From Chiloscyllium plagiosum (Eukaryota), in assembly GCF_004010195.1 (NCBI RefSeq), contig NC_057755.1, positions 3,805,462 to 3,869,360 of the forward strand: DNA of 63,899 nt, in the 5' to 3' direction. The notes under the pieces are model-generated. The model saw nothing but the letters and a program-made list of their open reading frames with translations. It was not told the origin of the DNA and ran no database searches. Below are positions 50,885 through 63,890 of this stretch, piece by piece. Made by a program: the position numbers and the translations under genes. Positions within the stretch are counted from its first letter, which is position 1, and the number at the start of each line of letters is the position of its first letter.

Positions 50885-52270
50885 GATCTGCTCTTGACCC
50901 TGGTGATGCTGTCTAGGGGGAAATACAGTCTCTTCAGAACTTTCCCTGATCTCCATGGCAGTGACAGATCTCCAGATCAAGACAACAACCATGGCACTAT
51001 CTGATTTCTAGTCTATCTTTTCTATCAGGCTGCTGCCCACCATTCCTGCAAATACATATACTTCTGTTTTCTGTTATTTAGTAACTGGTAGTTCCAGTTG
51101 GTTGATGATCACTTGGTCCGTATCGCTCAATTCGTTGCACCTCCATATGCTTGTAGGGCGAACTACAACCACTGAGATTACGTTCCAGACACCTACCATT
51201 CTCTGTGGCAAAAACACCTTGCCCCCACATTTGTTTTAACTTTCCAATTTTTATCTTGAATGTTTGCTTCATTGTTTTAGAAATTTCAATTCTGGGAAAG
51301 AGATCCTGACTGTCAACTCCATTTCTGTGTCTCACAATTTTATAGACTTCACCGAAATCTCCACTCAGCCCCCTCTGCTCCAAGGAAAATAACCTGAGAT
51401 TTTTGTAGAGTCTCCTCATATCTCATAACCTCTAACACAATCAGCATCCTGATAATTTTTTTCTGCACCCTCAACATCCTTCCTGTAATGTGGCGACCAT
51501 AATTTAACACGACACTGTAAGAGAAGCCAAACAACAGTCTGATAAAGCTGCAACATGACATCTTCATTCTCATTTCTTCCTTGCACTTTGTATCGAGTTC
51601 ATGAGCTTCTGTACTTTCCCCCACATCTCCTTCATTTACAAACTTTACCTCAAAACATTACGCATCCCAAAGCCCCAGGCCTACAGCGTTGCCATGACAA
51701 CCACCATGCTGTACTGTCCCCATATCAAAACCGGGAGAGTGAAGGTGACTCGCACTTCCACAGTAACCCACGTCCTTGTATCCATCCCCATCTAATGTAG
51801 TGACTTTTACACCCATTCCACAATTGCTGTCCACTCTGCCTACAGGCAGGCTTTCCCCACTGCTCAGAACTGGATTCCCCAACTTCACTGCTACTGCAGG
51901 GTCACCCGAAGCCCTCCTTGAGAATTTCATCGAACTGATTCCCAATGACAGGAACGGACAGGGTCAGCATGGATTGGTGAACGGGAATTTAGGATCGAAA
52001 ATTCTACCGGATCATTTCGGGTATAAAATAAGTAGTTTATGTGGCCACCTCTCTGGACTGCATTGATACAGATTCCCTGATCTTGATTGTCCCAAACAAT
52101 GTCAAAGTCGTTGGACATACTATGCCAGTAACTCCTGACTGACTACTGTCTCCCTTGCCCTGACGGAGAACTTGTTTCCTGAGGCGATGAGACGTGCCCA
52201 TTTGGTTGAAGTACATGCAGAGTGTTTGCTGCTTTAGCTGCTGTTCCAAGTGCCTGACATTCCAGCCCCT
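50885..52270 (+). pseudogene. Highly decayed GPR139-like class A GPCR relic, interrupted by CR1
   Basis: LLLTLVMLSRGKYSLFRTF / LISMAVTDLQI (50888-50980) matches the TM1-TM2 pattern VILSRGKCGLS..YLVAMA.ADL. Weaker matches lie downstream (VLVSIP at ~51780, CFSCCSKCL at ~52235). Confidence 0.5.
51085..51570 (-). mobile_element. CR1 LINE 3' fragment
   Basis: LRLFSLEQRGLSGDFGEVYKIV..DLFP. Confidence 0.8.
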
Positions 52271-52799
52271 TGACTGATCACCGCTAACAACAATGATAAG
52301 CTGCCTGGCTTATGTCTGTGATAAACAAGCAGGCAAGACAGGAGCACTGTGAAACATTAGGTTCTGGTTGAGTCATGAAAGTGCAAAAAAAAACAAGGAA
52401 AGATAGCGATGTTGTGCCAGTCTCTGGGCAGGACATGTCTCAGGCGCTGGAAAGGTTGCAACGTTTTTGGAGTAATAATATTCTTTGTGGGCAGATACAA
52501 CTACATCTTGATGCAGTGCTTTTATTTAACTGTGGCACAGTTCACCCGCTCTGCAAGTATCTATTGGGCTTTTTAATGTGACAATTGGCTCTCTGAATAA
52601 TATGCCCCTGACTTGATCATTCGTGATGCCACACACAATTGTCTCCTACGTCAGTGAATATGTAATTTGATTCAACACACAGGCCTTTGAACTGAGAAAA
52701 TAAAGCCTTCATAACCACACCTATTGATTCCAATTGCTCTTGCACTCTGGTGAAAAACATTATTAAGGATTTACAAGGATATTGTCGCTGTTCGAGCAT

Positions 52800-53205
52800 C
52801 GGAGCTATGGAGAGAGGCTGAATATGCTAGGATTGTTTACTCTGGAGCGTCATCGGCTGAGGGGTTACCTTCCAGAAATGTATAAAGTCATGACGGACAT
52901 GATTAGGGTAAATAGACAAGATCTTTTCACTGGAGTGGGGTAGTTCGGAAGTAAAGGGCAGAGGTTTAGGGTGAGAGAGGAAATATTTAAAAGGGAACTC
53001 AGGGGCAATGTTTGCGCAAAGAGGATGAGCTGCCAGAGGAAGTGTTGGAGGCTTGTATAACATTTAAACGGCATCTGGATAGGTATATGAGTAGGAAGGG
53101 TTTAGAGAGATATGGGCCAAGTGTTGGAAAAGGGGAACACATGAGGTTAAAATACCTGGTCATCATGGACGAGTTGGACTGAAAGGTCTGTTACCGTGCT
53201 TTAAC
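52800..53205 (+). mobile_element. CR1 LINE 3' fragment
   Basis: SYGERLNMLGLFTLERHRLRG..; 3' UTR shared with the other copies. Confidence 0.85.
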
Positions 53206-53219
53206 TTTATGTACCATAA

Positions 53220-53510
53220 AGGGGCAGCACAGCGATTAAAACTGCTGTTTCGAAACACCAGGGAGCTGGGCTCGATTCTGGCCTTGGGTCGCTGTCTGTG
53301 TGGAGTTAGCACATTCTTCTTGTGTATGTGTATATTTCCTCTCACATTCCAAAAGTTGCGCAGGTCAGGTGAATTGGCCAGGCTAAATTGCCCAAAGTGT
53401 TAGGTACGTTATTCACAGGTAAAGTAGGGAAATGAGTAAGGGTGGGTTTATCTTCAGGTGGACTTGTTGAGACAATGGACCTGTTTCCATTCTGAAGGGA
53501 ATGTAATATT
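53220..53510 (+). mobile_element. HE1-type SINE
   Basis: tRNA-like head (GGGCTCGATTC B-box-like), central GTCTGTGTGGAGTTAGCACATTCT, GGTGAATTGGCCAGGCTAAATTGCCC and a CR1-like tail. Confidence 0.8.
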
Positions 53511-54232
53511 TTTAAAAAAAAATCAGATCCTTTCCTGCTTTACAGTGTTCTCAAAATATCTCATTCAATGCATCCGCATCATCCTCCTCATCATCAAAAT
53601 CCAAACTGTTGAAACTTCAATAGCTTCATCTTCTCCAATTCTTTTCTGAAATGCCGTTTGACATGAGGTAGAGCTGGTGGAAACTTTGATTTACTTCTAT
53701 TGTTCGGAACATGCACCAGGGATGAAGTGATAACATTGAGAGTGAATGCTGAACGTACAATAAGTGACAGATAAATTAGATTCGAGGTCAAGTTGCCTTG
53801 ACCAAACAAAAGCGTAGGTACGCTTTGTTATGCATAGATTAGGGACATGAGAAATCAGGGAAACATCCAGAAAAGTGAACAAATAAAACTGGTTTACGAA
53901 TATTTGAATGGGGAGTGTACTAATCCCAGAACTGTTGCAATACTAGAACGATGCACCAAGTTGATGTAGCAAGCTGCTAATCCATCTCCAACACGGGGGT
54001 GGGAGGATGGTTTGGGGGAGTTGAAAGAGACTGTCCCACAGTCTTGCCCCTCCATGTTGCTCAGACTGGGAGGCTCTAAAGTGAACGTATTTGCCTCATT
54101 GAAGAAACAATTGGAACATTAAGCAGCTATTGGGATAGAAGATGCGTGAAGTGTTTGGAGGGGAACGCATGAAATTGAATAAGGGAATCGAACTGCATAC
54201 AGGTACGATGGACCAATTGCCGCTTCTGTGCC

Positions 54233-54998
54233 ACAACATTCTATCATTCTGTGATCTCTTCCTCTCTCTCTTGAACGAGGTCTGCCTTTCCGTTGTGGAA
54301 AAGACAATGGGAGATGCAGACTAAGCACGTGTGCAGAGAATGAGCTCGAAACTAATGGGAAGTGTCTCTTGTTCTTCAAGTGTTGCAAGAGCTTGTGAGT
54401 TCCAACTGGGGAATCATGGCCAAAGCGAAGCTCTGTTTGGTGCTAAATGCTGTCACTCCTCAGTTGTGTCAGCGGCAATGTGTGACAAGCCCACTCTTCC
54501 TCCATTGACTTGAATAAAACTCACTGCATTCATGATCACTTCTGTTCTGTGTTCATTTCTCATGGAGAGAACACCATCCCGTCTTTATTTCGAAAGAATG
54601 CCCATCTGGTCCAAGACAACATTCTATCATTCTGTGATCTCTTCCTCTCTCTCTTGAACGAGGTCTGCCTTTCCGTTGTGGAAAAGACAATGGGAGATGC
54701 AGACTAAGCACGTGTGCAGAGAATGAGCTCGAAACTAATGGGAAGTGTCTCTTGTTCTTCAAGTGTTGCACGAGCTTGTGAGTTCCAACTGGGGAAGCAT
54801 GGCCAAAGCGAAGCTCTGTTTGGTGCTAAATGCTGTCACTCCTCAGTTGTGTCAGCGACAATGTGTGACAAGCCCACTCTTCCTCCATTGACTTGAATAA
54901 AACTCACTGCATTCATGATCACTTCTGTTCTGTGTTCATTTCTCATGGAGAGAACACCATCCGTCTTTATTTCGAAAGAATGCCCATCTGGTCCAAGA
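54233..54998. repeat. Tandem duplication, 2 x ~383 bp
   Basis: ACAACATTCTATCATTCTGTG starts at 54233 and 54616; 3 substitutions and 1 indel seen. Confidence 0.97.
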
Positions 54999-55168
54999 TT
55001 CTCTCACAAGTAGAAACAACTTATCCGCTCCTACCCTGTCGTGTCCTCTAAGAATCTTGCATGATTCAATTACGTACGAACTCAGTTTTCTAAACTCTGA
55101 TGGGTACAGGTCCAGCCCTACTCAACCAATCCTCATAAGACATTCCCTCCATTCCTGGGATCAGTCTG

Positions 55169-56045
55169 ATGACCACCATAAGTTTAAAGGTAGAGGTGTT
55201 CATCAATGACTGCACAATGTTCAGCACCATTTGCAACTTCACAGATACTAAAATAGTTTATGTTCAAATGCAACAACATCTTAATACAATCCAGGCTCGG
55301 GCAGTGAAACTTGCTCGTCATAATTACCATACAATGACCATCTCAAATAAGAGACAATGCAACCAACTCCACATGAAACTTAATGGTGCAATCTTCATTG
55401 AATCCACCACTATCAACACCCTCGGGCTTATCATTGACCAGAAACTCAAGTGAACTCACCAATAAACCCTGTGGTTACAATAGCAGGTCATAGGCTAAGA
55501 GAACTGTGGCAAGTAACGCCCAAAGTCTGTGCACCAAGTACAAGGCACAAGTCAGGAATGTGTTGAGATATTCTCCATTTGCCGGGGTGAGTGCAGTTCC
55601 AGCAACACTCAAGAAGCTCGACAAGATCCAGGACAAAGCAGACCACTTGACATCCACAAACATCCACTCACTCTGTCACTGACACTCAGCAGCAGCAGTG
55701 TGTAATAGCTGCAAGATAGCACTGCAGAAATTCACCAGATATCCTTCGACAGGATCTGCCTATACGCTTTCATTGTGAAGGACAAGGACAATTGCTAAAT
55801 TGGAACACTACCACTTGCAAGTTTACTATGAAGCTATTCAGCACCCTAGTTTGGAAATATATAGTCTTTCCTTCACTGTTGCTGGTTGAAAGCAGAGGAC
55901 TTCCCTCCCTTAAGATAGTTTGCGTCTACCTACAGCACACGGAATGTGACAACTCAAAAAAGCAACTCAGCAATAATTCCCAATTCACCGAGGAACAGGC
56001 AATATATACTGGGCCCAGTCAGCAATGCTCATGTCGCATGAGTGA
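55169..56045 (+). mobile_element. Old CR1/L2-superfamily LINE 3' part
   Basis: VFINDCTMF (FADD relic) and YKAQVRNVLRYSPFAG..TLKKLDKIQDKA. Confidence 0.75.
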
Positions 56046-56049
56046 ATGA

Positions 56050-56830
56050 AATGCGAGCTTCCCTCCCTGGCAGTGCATTCCAGATCTCTGCTGTCTTCAT
56101 TGCACCCCATGCTCCCAGTAAAACAATTCTTCCGTAAATCCATTCTAAATCTCTCCCCTATCACTTTAACATGGTGCCCCTATGTGACTGAACCTTCGAT
56201 TAAGGAAAGGGATGCTCGCTGTCCACCTGTGAACACACCTCAGAATCTTCCAGACATTTATCAGCTGTCGCCTCGACCTTGTTGCTCTAATAATCTCCCT
56301 TCATCACTGAATTGCTCCCATCCAAGCTACATCCTGGCGAATGATCTCTGCATTTCCGCCAATGCAGTCACAGTTTAAAATCTCACAACCTGGCCTGAAG
56401 ATATTGGGTTGTACCCTGATATCCCTATAAATGCTTTCATCTAAATACTTCTTCCAAATGATGAACCCTTCTGACTCCATCTCCCTTACAGTCAGTGAGT
56501 TACAGATTCGCACTACCCTCTGACTGAATAAAATAGAAATCCCACAATCCCTCTAAATCGTCCATCCCTTCCTGTAAATCTATATCCCCTGGCCGTTTCT
56601 GCCTCCACCGAAGGGAATAGTTTCTTCCTGTCTACCCTAGTTGTGCCTCTCATCGATACATCTCTATCATGTCCCCTCGGAATCTGATCTGTTCTGAGAA
56701 AATAAAAGTCCACTCTGTCCAAACTGTCTTCACAAGTGAATCTCTTCAACTCAGGCAACATCCTGGTTAACCACCTCTGCCCACATCCGCTGTCACATTC
56801 CTCCTATCATGTAGATCCCGAAGTGCAGAT
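56050..56830 (-). mobile_element. CR1 LINE 3' fragments
   Basis: MLPELKRFTCEDSLDRV..RVDRKKLFP..ARGYRF. Confidence 0.75.
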
Positions 56831-57179
56831 AATGAACACAGAACAATGTTTCATACACTTCCAGCAAAGCAGTTCTCAGCAGCATCACGCTTGATTCAGA
56901 CCTTTACTGAAATCCTGAAGGACAGTCTGAGCCTGGGACAGAGGCCTGAGCAGCTGAGCAGGAGCTCCGCAAAACTTTGCTGTGTCTACTTAGAAACCTG
57001 GTTCAGATACAGACTTTCAATGACTGAAGGATAGACCATATTCTGAACTTCAACGATGAACCCTGAATCTTACTTGCCTGGCTTGTTTATGAGCAGGTTT
57101 ACAAGTCTTATCACAGGTATCGAGGGGACTGTCACAGGAGTAGAGGTTAAGTGGATTGGCACTGCGCTCGTTAGAGTAA

Positions 57180-58570
57180 GAATAACTTTACTGAAACATA
57201 TAAGACTATCAGGGGATTTGACAGGCTAGATAGAGAAAGGTTCTTTCCCCTTTTGGCAAACTCTTGGGCCAGAAAGCATCACCTCATAGTAAGGGGTTGT
57301 CCATTTCAGGCTGATCTGAGGGGAAATGGCTTCTGTCATAGAAAATTAAAACTGTGGCATTCTTTATCACAGAGGGCTGTGGATGTTGGGTCAATAAGTA
57401 TATTCAAGATTGTGACAGAGAGATGTTTAATTCGGAAGGGAATCAAGGATTGAGTGGAAAAGGCATAGAAATGGATTTGAGGATGATCAGATCAGTTATG
57501 ATCTGATGGAGTGGTGCAACAGTATCGATGGGCACTCTGCAGATGGTGAAAATGTCCTTTTGGTGGTAAGGAGACTAAACAACACACACTGCTCCAGGGT
57601 TGGTTTCACCAAGTCCCTGTACAGATTCAGTGAAGCATCTTGAATCTGAAGTCCAATCCTTTTGCAATGGAGGCCAACTTTCCATTTTCCTACTTCATTG
57701 ATCAAGCAGTGAGTAAACTGTTGGTTCACAGTGAGGGCAAGCTTCCAAACAGGATGGCAGACAGGATGGCGACTTGTTCTGCTTCAGAGGTAAATATTGA
57801 AGAAAACATTACCTGTTCAGAAGGAATGTGTAACTATTGGGAGACAGCTGGTGATGATTTAACCTGGGGATCACCTGAGGTGAAGAAGATGGGATCTGCA
57901 TGCTGTTAATGACTTGGAACAAAGAAGTGAATGTTCTGTGTTCAATACTGCAGACAGCGTAACAATGGGGCGGGGGGTGGAGGCAGCTAGCAAGAGGGAT
58001 GAAAACAGTTTATGGAGAGTATTGATAGTTTCAGTCAGTGCGCATAAATTTGACAAATTGTGTACAATGTTGGATTATGTGATATTTTACATCTTGGAGG
58101 GGAGAATAAAAGCACAAATTATTGGAATGGAGAAAGCTGCAACATAAAGAAACACGGAAAACGAGCACACGGAGCAGCATGTGATCGGGAATGGCAATAG
58201 AATGTTGGGTCTCATCATAACAGGAGGGAGTATCAGAGAGTGATTGGGATTTTTAAACCATGTAGGGAGGACCATGGTATGTACTGGTCATGGAAGATTA
58301 ATCTTTTCTCATCCTATATTACTTAATTTAGCTGGCAGCCTTGCATACTATGGTATTTGACGTGCTCATCTAAGTAGTTCTTGACTGTTGTGACAATTCA
58401 TACCTGTTCATATCTTTTCAGGCAATGAAGTCCAGATAACTCTAAATACCTCGGTGAAAAAAATTGATCAAATCCCCTTACCTTATATCTGTGCATATTG
58501 GTTACTGACTCCCGACTGAGGGGAAAGAGTTTGCGCTATTTACCTGTCTATATCACTCAGAACTTTACAC
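57180..58570. mobile_element. Mosaic of old CR1 fragments in both orientations
   Basis: CR1 C-terminal motifs (LWHSLSQRAVDVGS; LYRDLVKPTLEQCV) occur on alternating strands. Confidence 0.6.
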
Positions 58571-59932
58571 AGTAGGACTGCAGAAAGGCATGGACTTAGG
58601 GAGTATTGTGAAGCCAAATGTGATTACTGTATTAGCGCATGAAACAGTTTGGAGAAGATCACAGAACTGAGAGGCCTGTGAGTCTCGAATTATTTGCAGA
58701 AATAAGAGGGAGTGACTCTGGAGAAGGTCAAAGGGAAAGAGAAGTTCTGTGAGTGTGCAAGTGCTTACAATAATAATGATGGAGTAGGACTGCAGAAGGG
58801 CAGAAAACGAGTGGATGCAGGAGCACTGGAGGTTAATACAAATAATAAACACAGTGAGGCTGGAGGATGACACAGAGTTCTGGAGGACTGTAGAGTTTGG
58901 AGCAGACTGCAGAGATGGTGAAGGCCGCATTTGCCTCGAGGGTAATGTAAGGGAATTAGCTTCAGCAAACTACAAGCTATGGCATAGTCAGGAAAGACCA
59001 TTGTGGTTGGGAAGGATTACTGAAATAGGGATGTTTCAGCCTGGAGGTAGTGTGGAGATAGGAAGTCGTGCAAACGTGCAGAGATTCGAGAGAAAGATTG
59101 GGTGAAATCATTGACAGATTTGAAAACAAGACCACTTTGAAATGCAGATGTTTCTGGAGACAATGCAGTTCAGTTAGAGACCACGTGTGGCAGGAGTTAC
59201 ATGATGGACAGCATTCATGTTAACAACATGAGGCTTACTGACACTAATATCATGCCAAGTCAGAATTTGAAATTTCCAGTAATGATGTGAGAACAGAGCG
59301 ATGGAAGATTTACACAACAAATGAGCTGATGCAATAATTAAATGGAAACAAACTCTCTAGATGCTGAGACCTGGTTCGAAGTTATCTAAAAACTCATTTT
59401 CAAATTTGTGACTGGGATTTTTCTGGGTCAACCTGAGGCAGTTCCCAGGAAGTGGTGGAGTTTGTCAATAGCTGTCAATCAATGACATTGACACCAATAT
59501 TGAATACAGTGTCAGTCCCTGGACCCACCTCCAGCTTTCCACCCAATCCTTCTTAATGATAGTAACCATGACGTTTATAATCTGCCCAGATTACCACACT
59601 TCCTCCCATCTCCCTCCAACTCCCAATAAACAAGCAGTATCACGAGGCATCCGGAGATAAGTATACCCCCAACACCAGCCAGTGGTGTGAGAATCTACAT
59701 TATATTAACAATTGGGATATTTTTTATTGACGTGGAAAGCAGTTTTGCATCTGCATTCATTTCCATTTTGAAAACTGAAATGTTCTTTTGCTTCCCCGAA
59801 TGCAATGGCCTGGAAATGGAAATAACAGAGCTGGAAGTGACACTTTGGATCGTGATTAGCTTTCCATGTTACAGGAGGAAGCAGAAACCCTGCTCCTGCT
59901 ATTTCAGTTCCAATAATCTTAGGTGAATTTTG

Positions 59933-60417
59933 NNNNNNNNNNNNNNNNNNNNNNNNNNNNNNNNNNNNNNNNNNNNNNNNNNNNNNNNNNNNNNNNNNNN
60001 NNNNNNNNNNNNNNNNNNNNNNNNNNNNNNNNNNNNNNNNNNNNNNNNNNNNNNNNNNNNNNNNNNNNNNNNNNNNNNNNNNNNNNNNNNNNNNNNNNNN
60101 NNNNNNNNNNNNNNNNNNNNNNNNNNNNNNNNNNNNNNNNNNNNNNNNNNNNNNNNNNNNNNNNNNNNNNNNNNNNNNNNNNNNNNNNNNNNNNNNNNNN
60201 NNNNNNNNNNNNNNNNNNNNNNNNNNNNNNNNNNNNNNNNNNNNNNNNNNNNNNNNNNNNNNNNNNNNNNNNNNNNNNNNNNNNNNNNNNNNNNNNNNNN
60301 NNNNNNNNNNNNNNNNNNNNNNNNNNNNNNNNNNNNNNNNNNNNNNNNNNNNNNNNNNNNNNNNNNNNNNNNNNNNNNNNNNNNNNNNNNNNNNNNNNNN
60401 NNNNNNNNNNNNNNNNN
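59933..60417. other. Assembly gap (485 N)
   Basis: Run of N. Confidence 1.
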
Positions 60418-60697
60418 AAATCCCAGTTAATGCTTCGGGTCCAGTGACCCTTCTTCAGAACAGAAATGTTACCTCTTCTCCATGAATTGGGAAACCTGTG
60501 TCCTTATCTTCATCTTCTTTTCGTTCTCTTGATGTCTGTCAAATATTCCATCTTCTGTTATCTCCCTGTGAGATGTGCATCTCTACAATGGTTACCTTTG
60601 GTCTTCAATGGTCATTTATTACCCCCCACCCACTGGATTTTGAGCTTTTATCAGGTTTATTCAGTGATTAGTTTAAAAATTCTGGAAACTGGATATT

Positions 60698-61448
60698 TCA
60701 TCGTTCTTTTGAACTGAGCTCTGACACTGGATAGAGGCACCATGTAAATAATTGTGCTTGTGCAGCAACATACATTGTGCAGCGTTTATCCAACTTGTTC
60801 AAAGATTCAAAGATTTCATAGTCATAATCCGTTAACTGATCTGGGAAACCAAATATGTGGAAAACATATAACAGCCAGCTAATTACGAACTTTCTAGATA
60901 TTGCAAAGCGTAAAATCACTGTCTGAATTCTACTCTTCAGCTTGGGCTCACTCTGCTCGTCTTCCTTACTAAGACACCTCAGTCCCTTACAGGCTTGTCT
61001 TGTAAATAAAGTGTGTGTGACTGTCAGATCATGGAGGAACACAATGTAAAATAAGGCAAGAATGGGGTTAAAGCCACAGCAAATGAGTGGAATCCAATGC
61101 AGCAAGAGTCAGCAAAGTAGCCGCCCTTATTCCTGCCGTAAAATAGCCTGTTCCTAGTTATATGTTTTAGTCTCAAATCTAAAATGTCAAGAACATTTTT
61201 TAAACAAAGGAGAATGTCGATTTTTGACACAAATGCAGTAAACAATTACTAGTACACTATTTCGTTTTCAGTTTGTGGCAACAAAAGCTGACAAAGCGAT
61301 CAAAGGTGAATGTGACAGTGAACTAAACAGAACAGTCAGTGAAAATGACCTGGAGATCTGCTGTTGCCATGGCCACCAGGTAACGTGTTATGCAGGTAGC
61401 GAGGCCTCATTTTCTGTGGGACGGGCTCAAAATCGACATTGGAATTTA
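60698..61448 (-). pseudogene. GPR139-like class A GPCR pseudogene (main coding exon)
   Basis: Follows a polypyrimidine-AG acceptor (61449-61470). Reads GLATCITRYLVAMATADLQVIFTDCSV*FTVTFTFDRFVSFCCHKLKTK*CT, ILLCLKNV, LTPFLPY, LTVTHTLFTRQACKGLR..EPKLKSRIQTVILRFAISRKFVISW, YVAAQ..YPV. Contains stops, frameshifts and an internal deletion. Confidence 0.85.
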
Positions 61449-62804
61449 CTGGCAGAATGATAATTGAAAAATGGCTGGGTATTAATTAACACTATTTTCT
61501 ATATAAGTATCTAAGCAATCTGAATGTTCGCTACAACAGCAAGATAAAATTAGCCAGAAGTTTAAAAAAATATGAGCACAACGGTAAATCAATAAGTTTC
61601 CAATTCCATGTAACAAATTTTGACTTGAATAGAAACAGGCTGCAAATGGAATCTAGAATACCAATCCAAAAGCTATCCATAGAAACATGCAACACTTATA
61701 ACGGTGTACCTGCACTGCATCCAGCCTGTGACTCCTTCAAGAACAATTGTCACAACTGGATAATATAGTGTGAAAATTGGACAAACCCTATGATAGGAAA
61801 GTGCTAAAAGTTGGACCACTCTTTTCCTTTTATTCATGTTGAAATCACTGGCAAGGCCAGCATATATTGCGAATTGCTTAGAAAGGAATTAAGATTCAAT
61901 TACATTGCTGTGGATATGGAGTTACCTATAGACAATTCCCTACCTTCTGAAAAGATAGGTGCCTCACTACAGTGAGTTATATTCGGAGGAAAACATGCCA
62001 TCACAGCTGTAACATATTTAAAAAGATCAGTTTTAAATCAGTTATCATGCAGAGCCAAGGAATACTAGGGATTTAAGAGGAAGGTTCTTTCTTAATGATC
62101 GGTTTGAGGGCAGATGTATTTCAATTACAAAAGGATGATGTTCCCACGCAATGATAATACATGTTGTTCAAATGTGTTTTCCAAGCAGAGGCAAATGTTT
62201 AATGTATAAGCACCGTGAAAAGTGAGGGAAGTGAGACCATTGTAATTCTGGTCAAGTGTGAACCCCAGTCATCTGACTATATGGTGGAGAAAAAGGGATA
62301 GATAATGTGAGTTAATTAATACTGTGGACGCACGGAGGTATAGATAACACAAACAAACTGCCACACAGCACCATTGCCTACCCCTGCAACGCTGCATTAA
62401 CTCGCCTCAATTATCAACAAAACATACAAGAAGTGCAGTGAATTAACACTGAATACTTTACTTTCAATGTGGATTCCTGCAAGATTTAGGAAATGAATAA
62501 TATGCTGTTCATCATTCAGTTTAAAATGTAAAGATGTATGCAACATGTATAAAGGCAGAAAGTAGAGTTAAACTATACGTTGGTCAGAAGCTCGGGCAAA
62601 CCCGTCGTGCTCCTTCAGCAAAATAACCTGTCCAGACATCTATCGTCACTTCTGTGTTATAGATGATTTCTTTTGGACAGGTACCTCAATTGAAAGAAGT
62701 GGACGTTCAGCTCAGTCCAATCTAGAAACATTTTTGTGACCGTGTAGTTGTAGATGAAAGAAAGTAACAGGGAATGAAACTCATTTACTCAGACATAAAG
62801 TACC

Positions 62805-63290
62805 AAGTGCTTTACAGCTGCTCTGCCCCGGACCGTAAGAAACTACAGAAAGTTGTGAACACAGCCCAGTGCATTACACAAGCCAAACTTCCTGCCATTC
62901 ACTCAATCTGCACTTCTTGTTGCCTCAGAACGGCAGCCAACATCATTAAAGACTCATCCCATCCCCGTTTAATCCTCTTCCAAACTTTTCCGTCAGTCTG
63001 AAGATACAAAAGCATAAACATGCATACCAATAGGTTCAAGAATATTTTCTTCTCCGCTGTTATTTGACTTGTGAATGGATCTCTCAATTTTAAAATCTAA
63101 TGCTGATCTTGCTTTTTGTGCACCTTCGTTGCAGCTGTACCTTTATATTCCTCGCTCTGTACAATCACCTGATGATCTTCGTGTCTTTGCATGTTAAAAT
63201 CTGCTGTACTACAAGCAAACAAATGATTTTCACAGTGCACAGGTAGATATGACAATAATAATAAAACAAATCAAACCAAATCAAATCAAA
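62805..63290 (+). mobile_element. Rex1/Babar-like LINE 3' end
   Basis: SCSAPDRKKLQKVVNTAQCITQAKLPAIHSICTSCCLRTAANIIKDSSHP, with an (AAATC)n tail. Confidence 0.75.
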
Positions 63291-63338
63291 GGTAAAGGGA
63301 GAAAGTTAAATGACAGAGATATTGGAAGCGGTCGAACA

Positions 63339-63780
63339 TCACAGCCAGACGAATAACTTGTGAAGACAGAGACGTGTTGTGTTTTTGACAGAGCTGTAAA
63401 CGTTGAAATGCCAGAGGATGGCATGTTCAATGTTGAGGGTGTTGCTGAAATATGAAAAGTGCATCACTGGGAAAGTTGCTAAGGTGGCACTGATGCCTTC
63501 ACAAAGAAAAGTATCCTGAGAAGAAACAACAGTTAGGGCAATTACAGTCAGGGTCACTTTGGAATCAGTGCCTCTGGAGAAATGTTGGTTAAAAAGACGA
63601 TGGACTATATAGGAGTAGGAGAAGTCATAAAGACAGAGAGGTTTATAACGCAGAAAAAGAAATGCACTTTGGCCTGTAGAGTCTATGCTGGTCAAATGCA
63701 ATTGCCTAACAATTCTCATGTGGTTTTCCAGCATTAGGTCCATAACCCTGCCATTACAACTGCACACATAAATAGTTCTG
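63339..63780 (-). pseudogene. Possible galanin-receptor-like class A GPCR relic (TM4-TM7)
   Basis: The 142-aa ORF contains SAFLFLRYKPLCLYDFSYSYIVHRL (TM5-like), SKVTLTVIALTVV (TM6-like) and TLATFPVMHFSYFSNTLNIEHAILWHF (TM7/H8-like). The key CWxP and NPxxY motifs are degraded. Confidence 0.4.
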
Positions 63781-63789
63781 TTATCAGGG

Positions 63790-63890
63790 TATCCGCCTCT
63801 ACTGCCCTTTCAAGTAGCCATCCAGGGAGCCAAACTCTGGCTACCTGCAGCCTTGAGGAAGAATGCCTCATCTTCCGCCTTGGGACCCCC
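63790..63890 (+). mobile_element. Penelope-like GIY-YIG fragment
   Basis: LEEECLIFRLGT, as in 48165-48930. Confidence 0.6.

Noticed and set aside
59687..59926. 79-aa ORF with a vague TM3-like stretch (TLWIVISFPCYRR)
   Set aside because: No DRY-like motif or other support; it also abuts the gap.
59923..60447. 166-174 aa ORFs
   Set aside because: Artefacts of the N gap.
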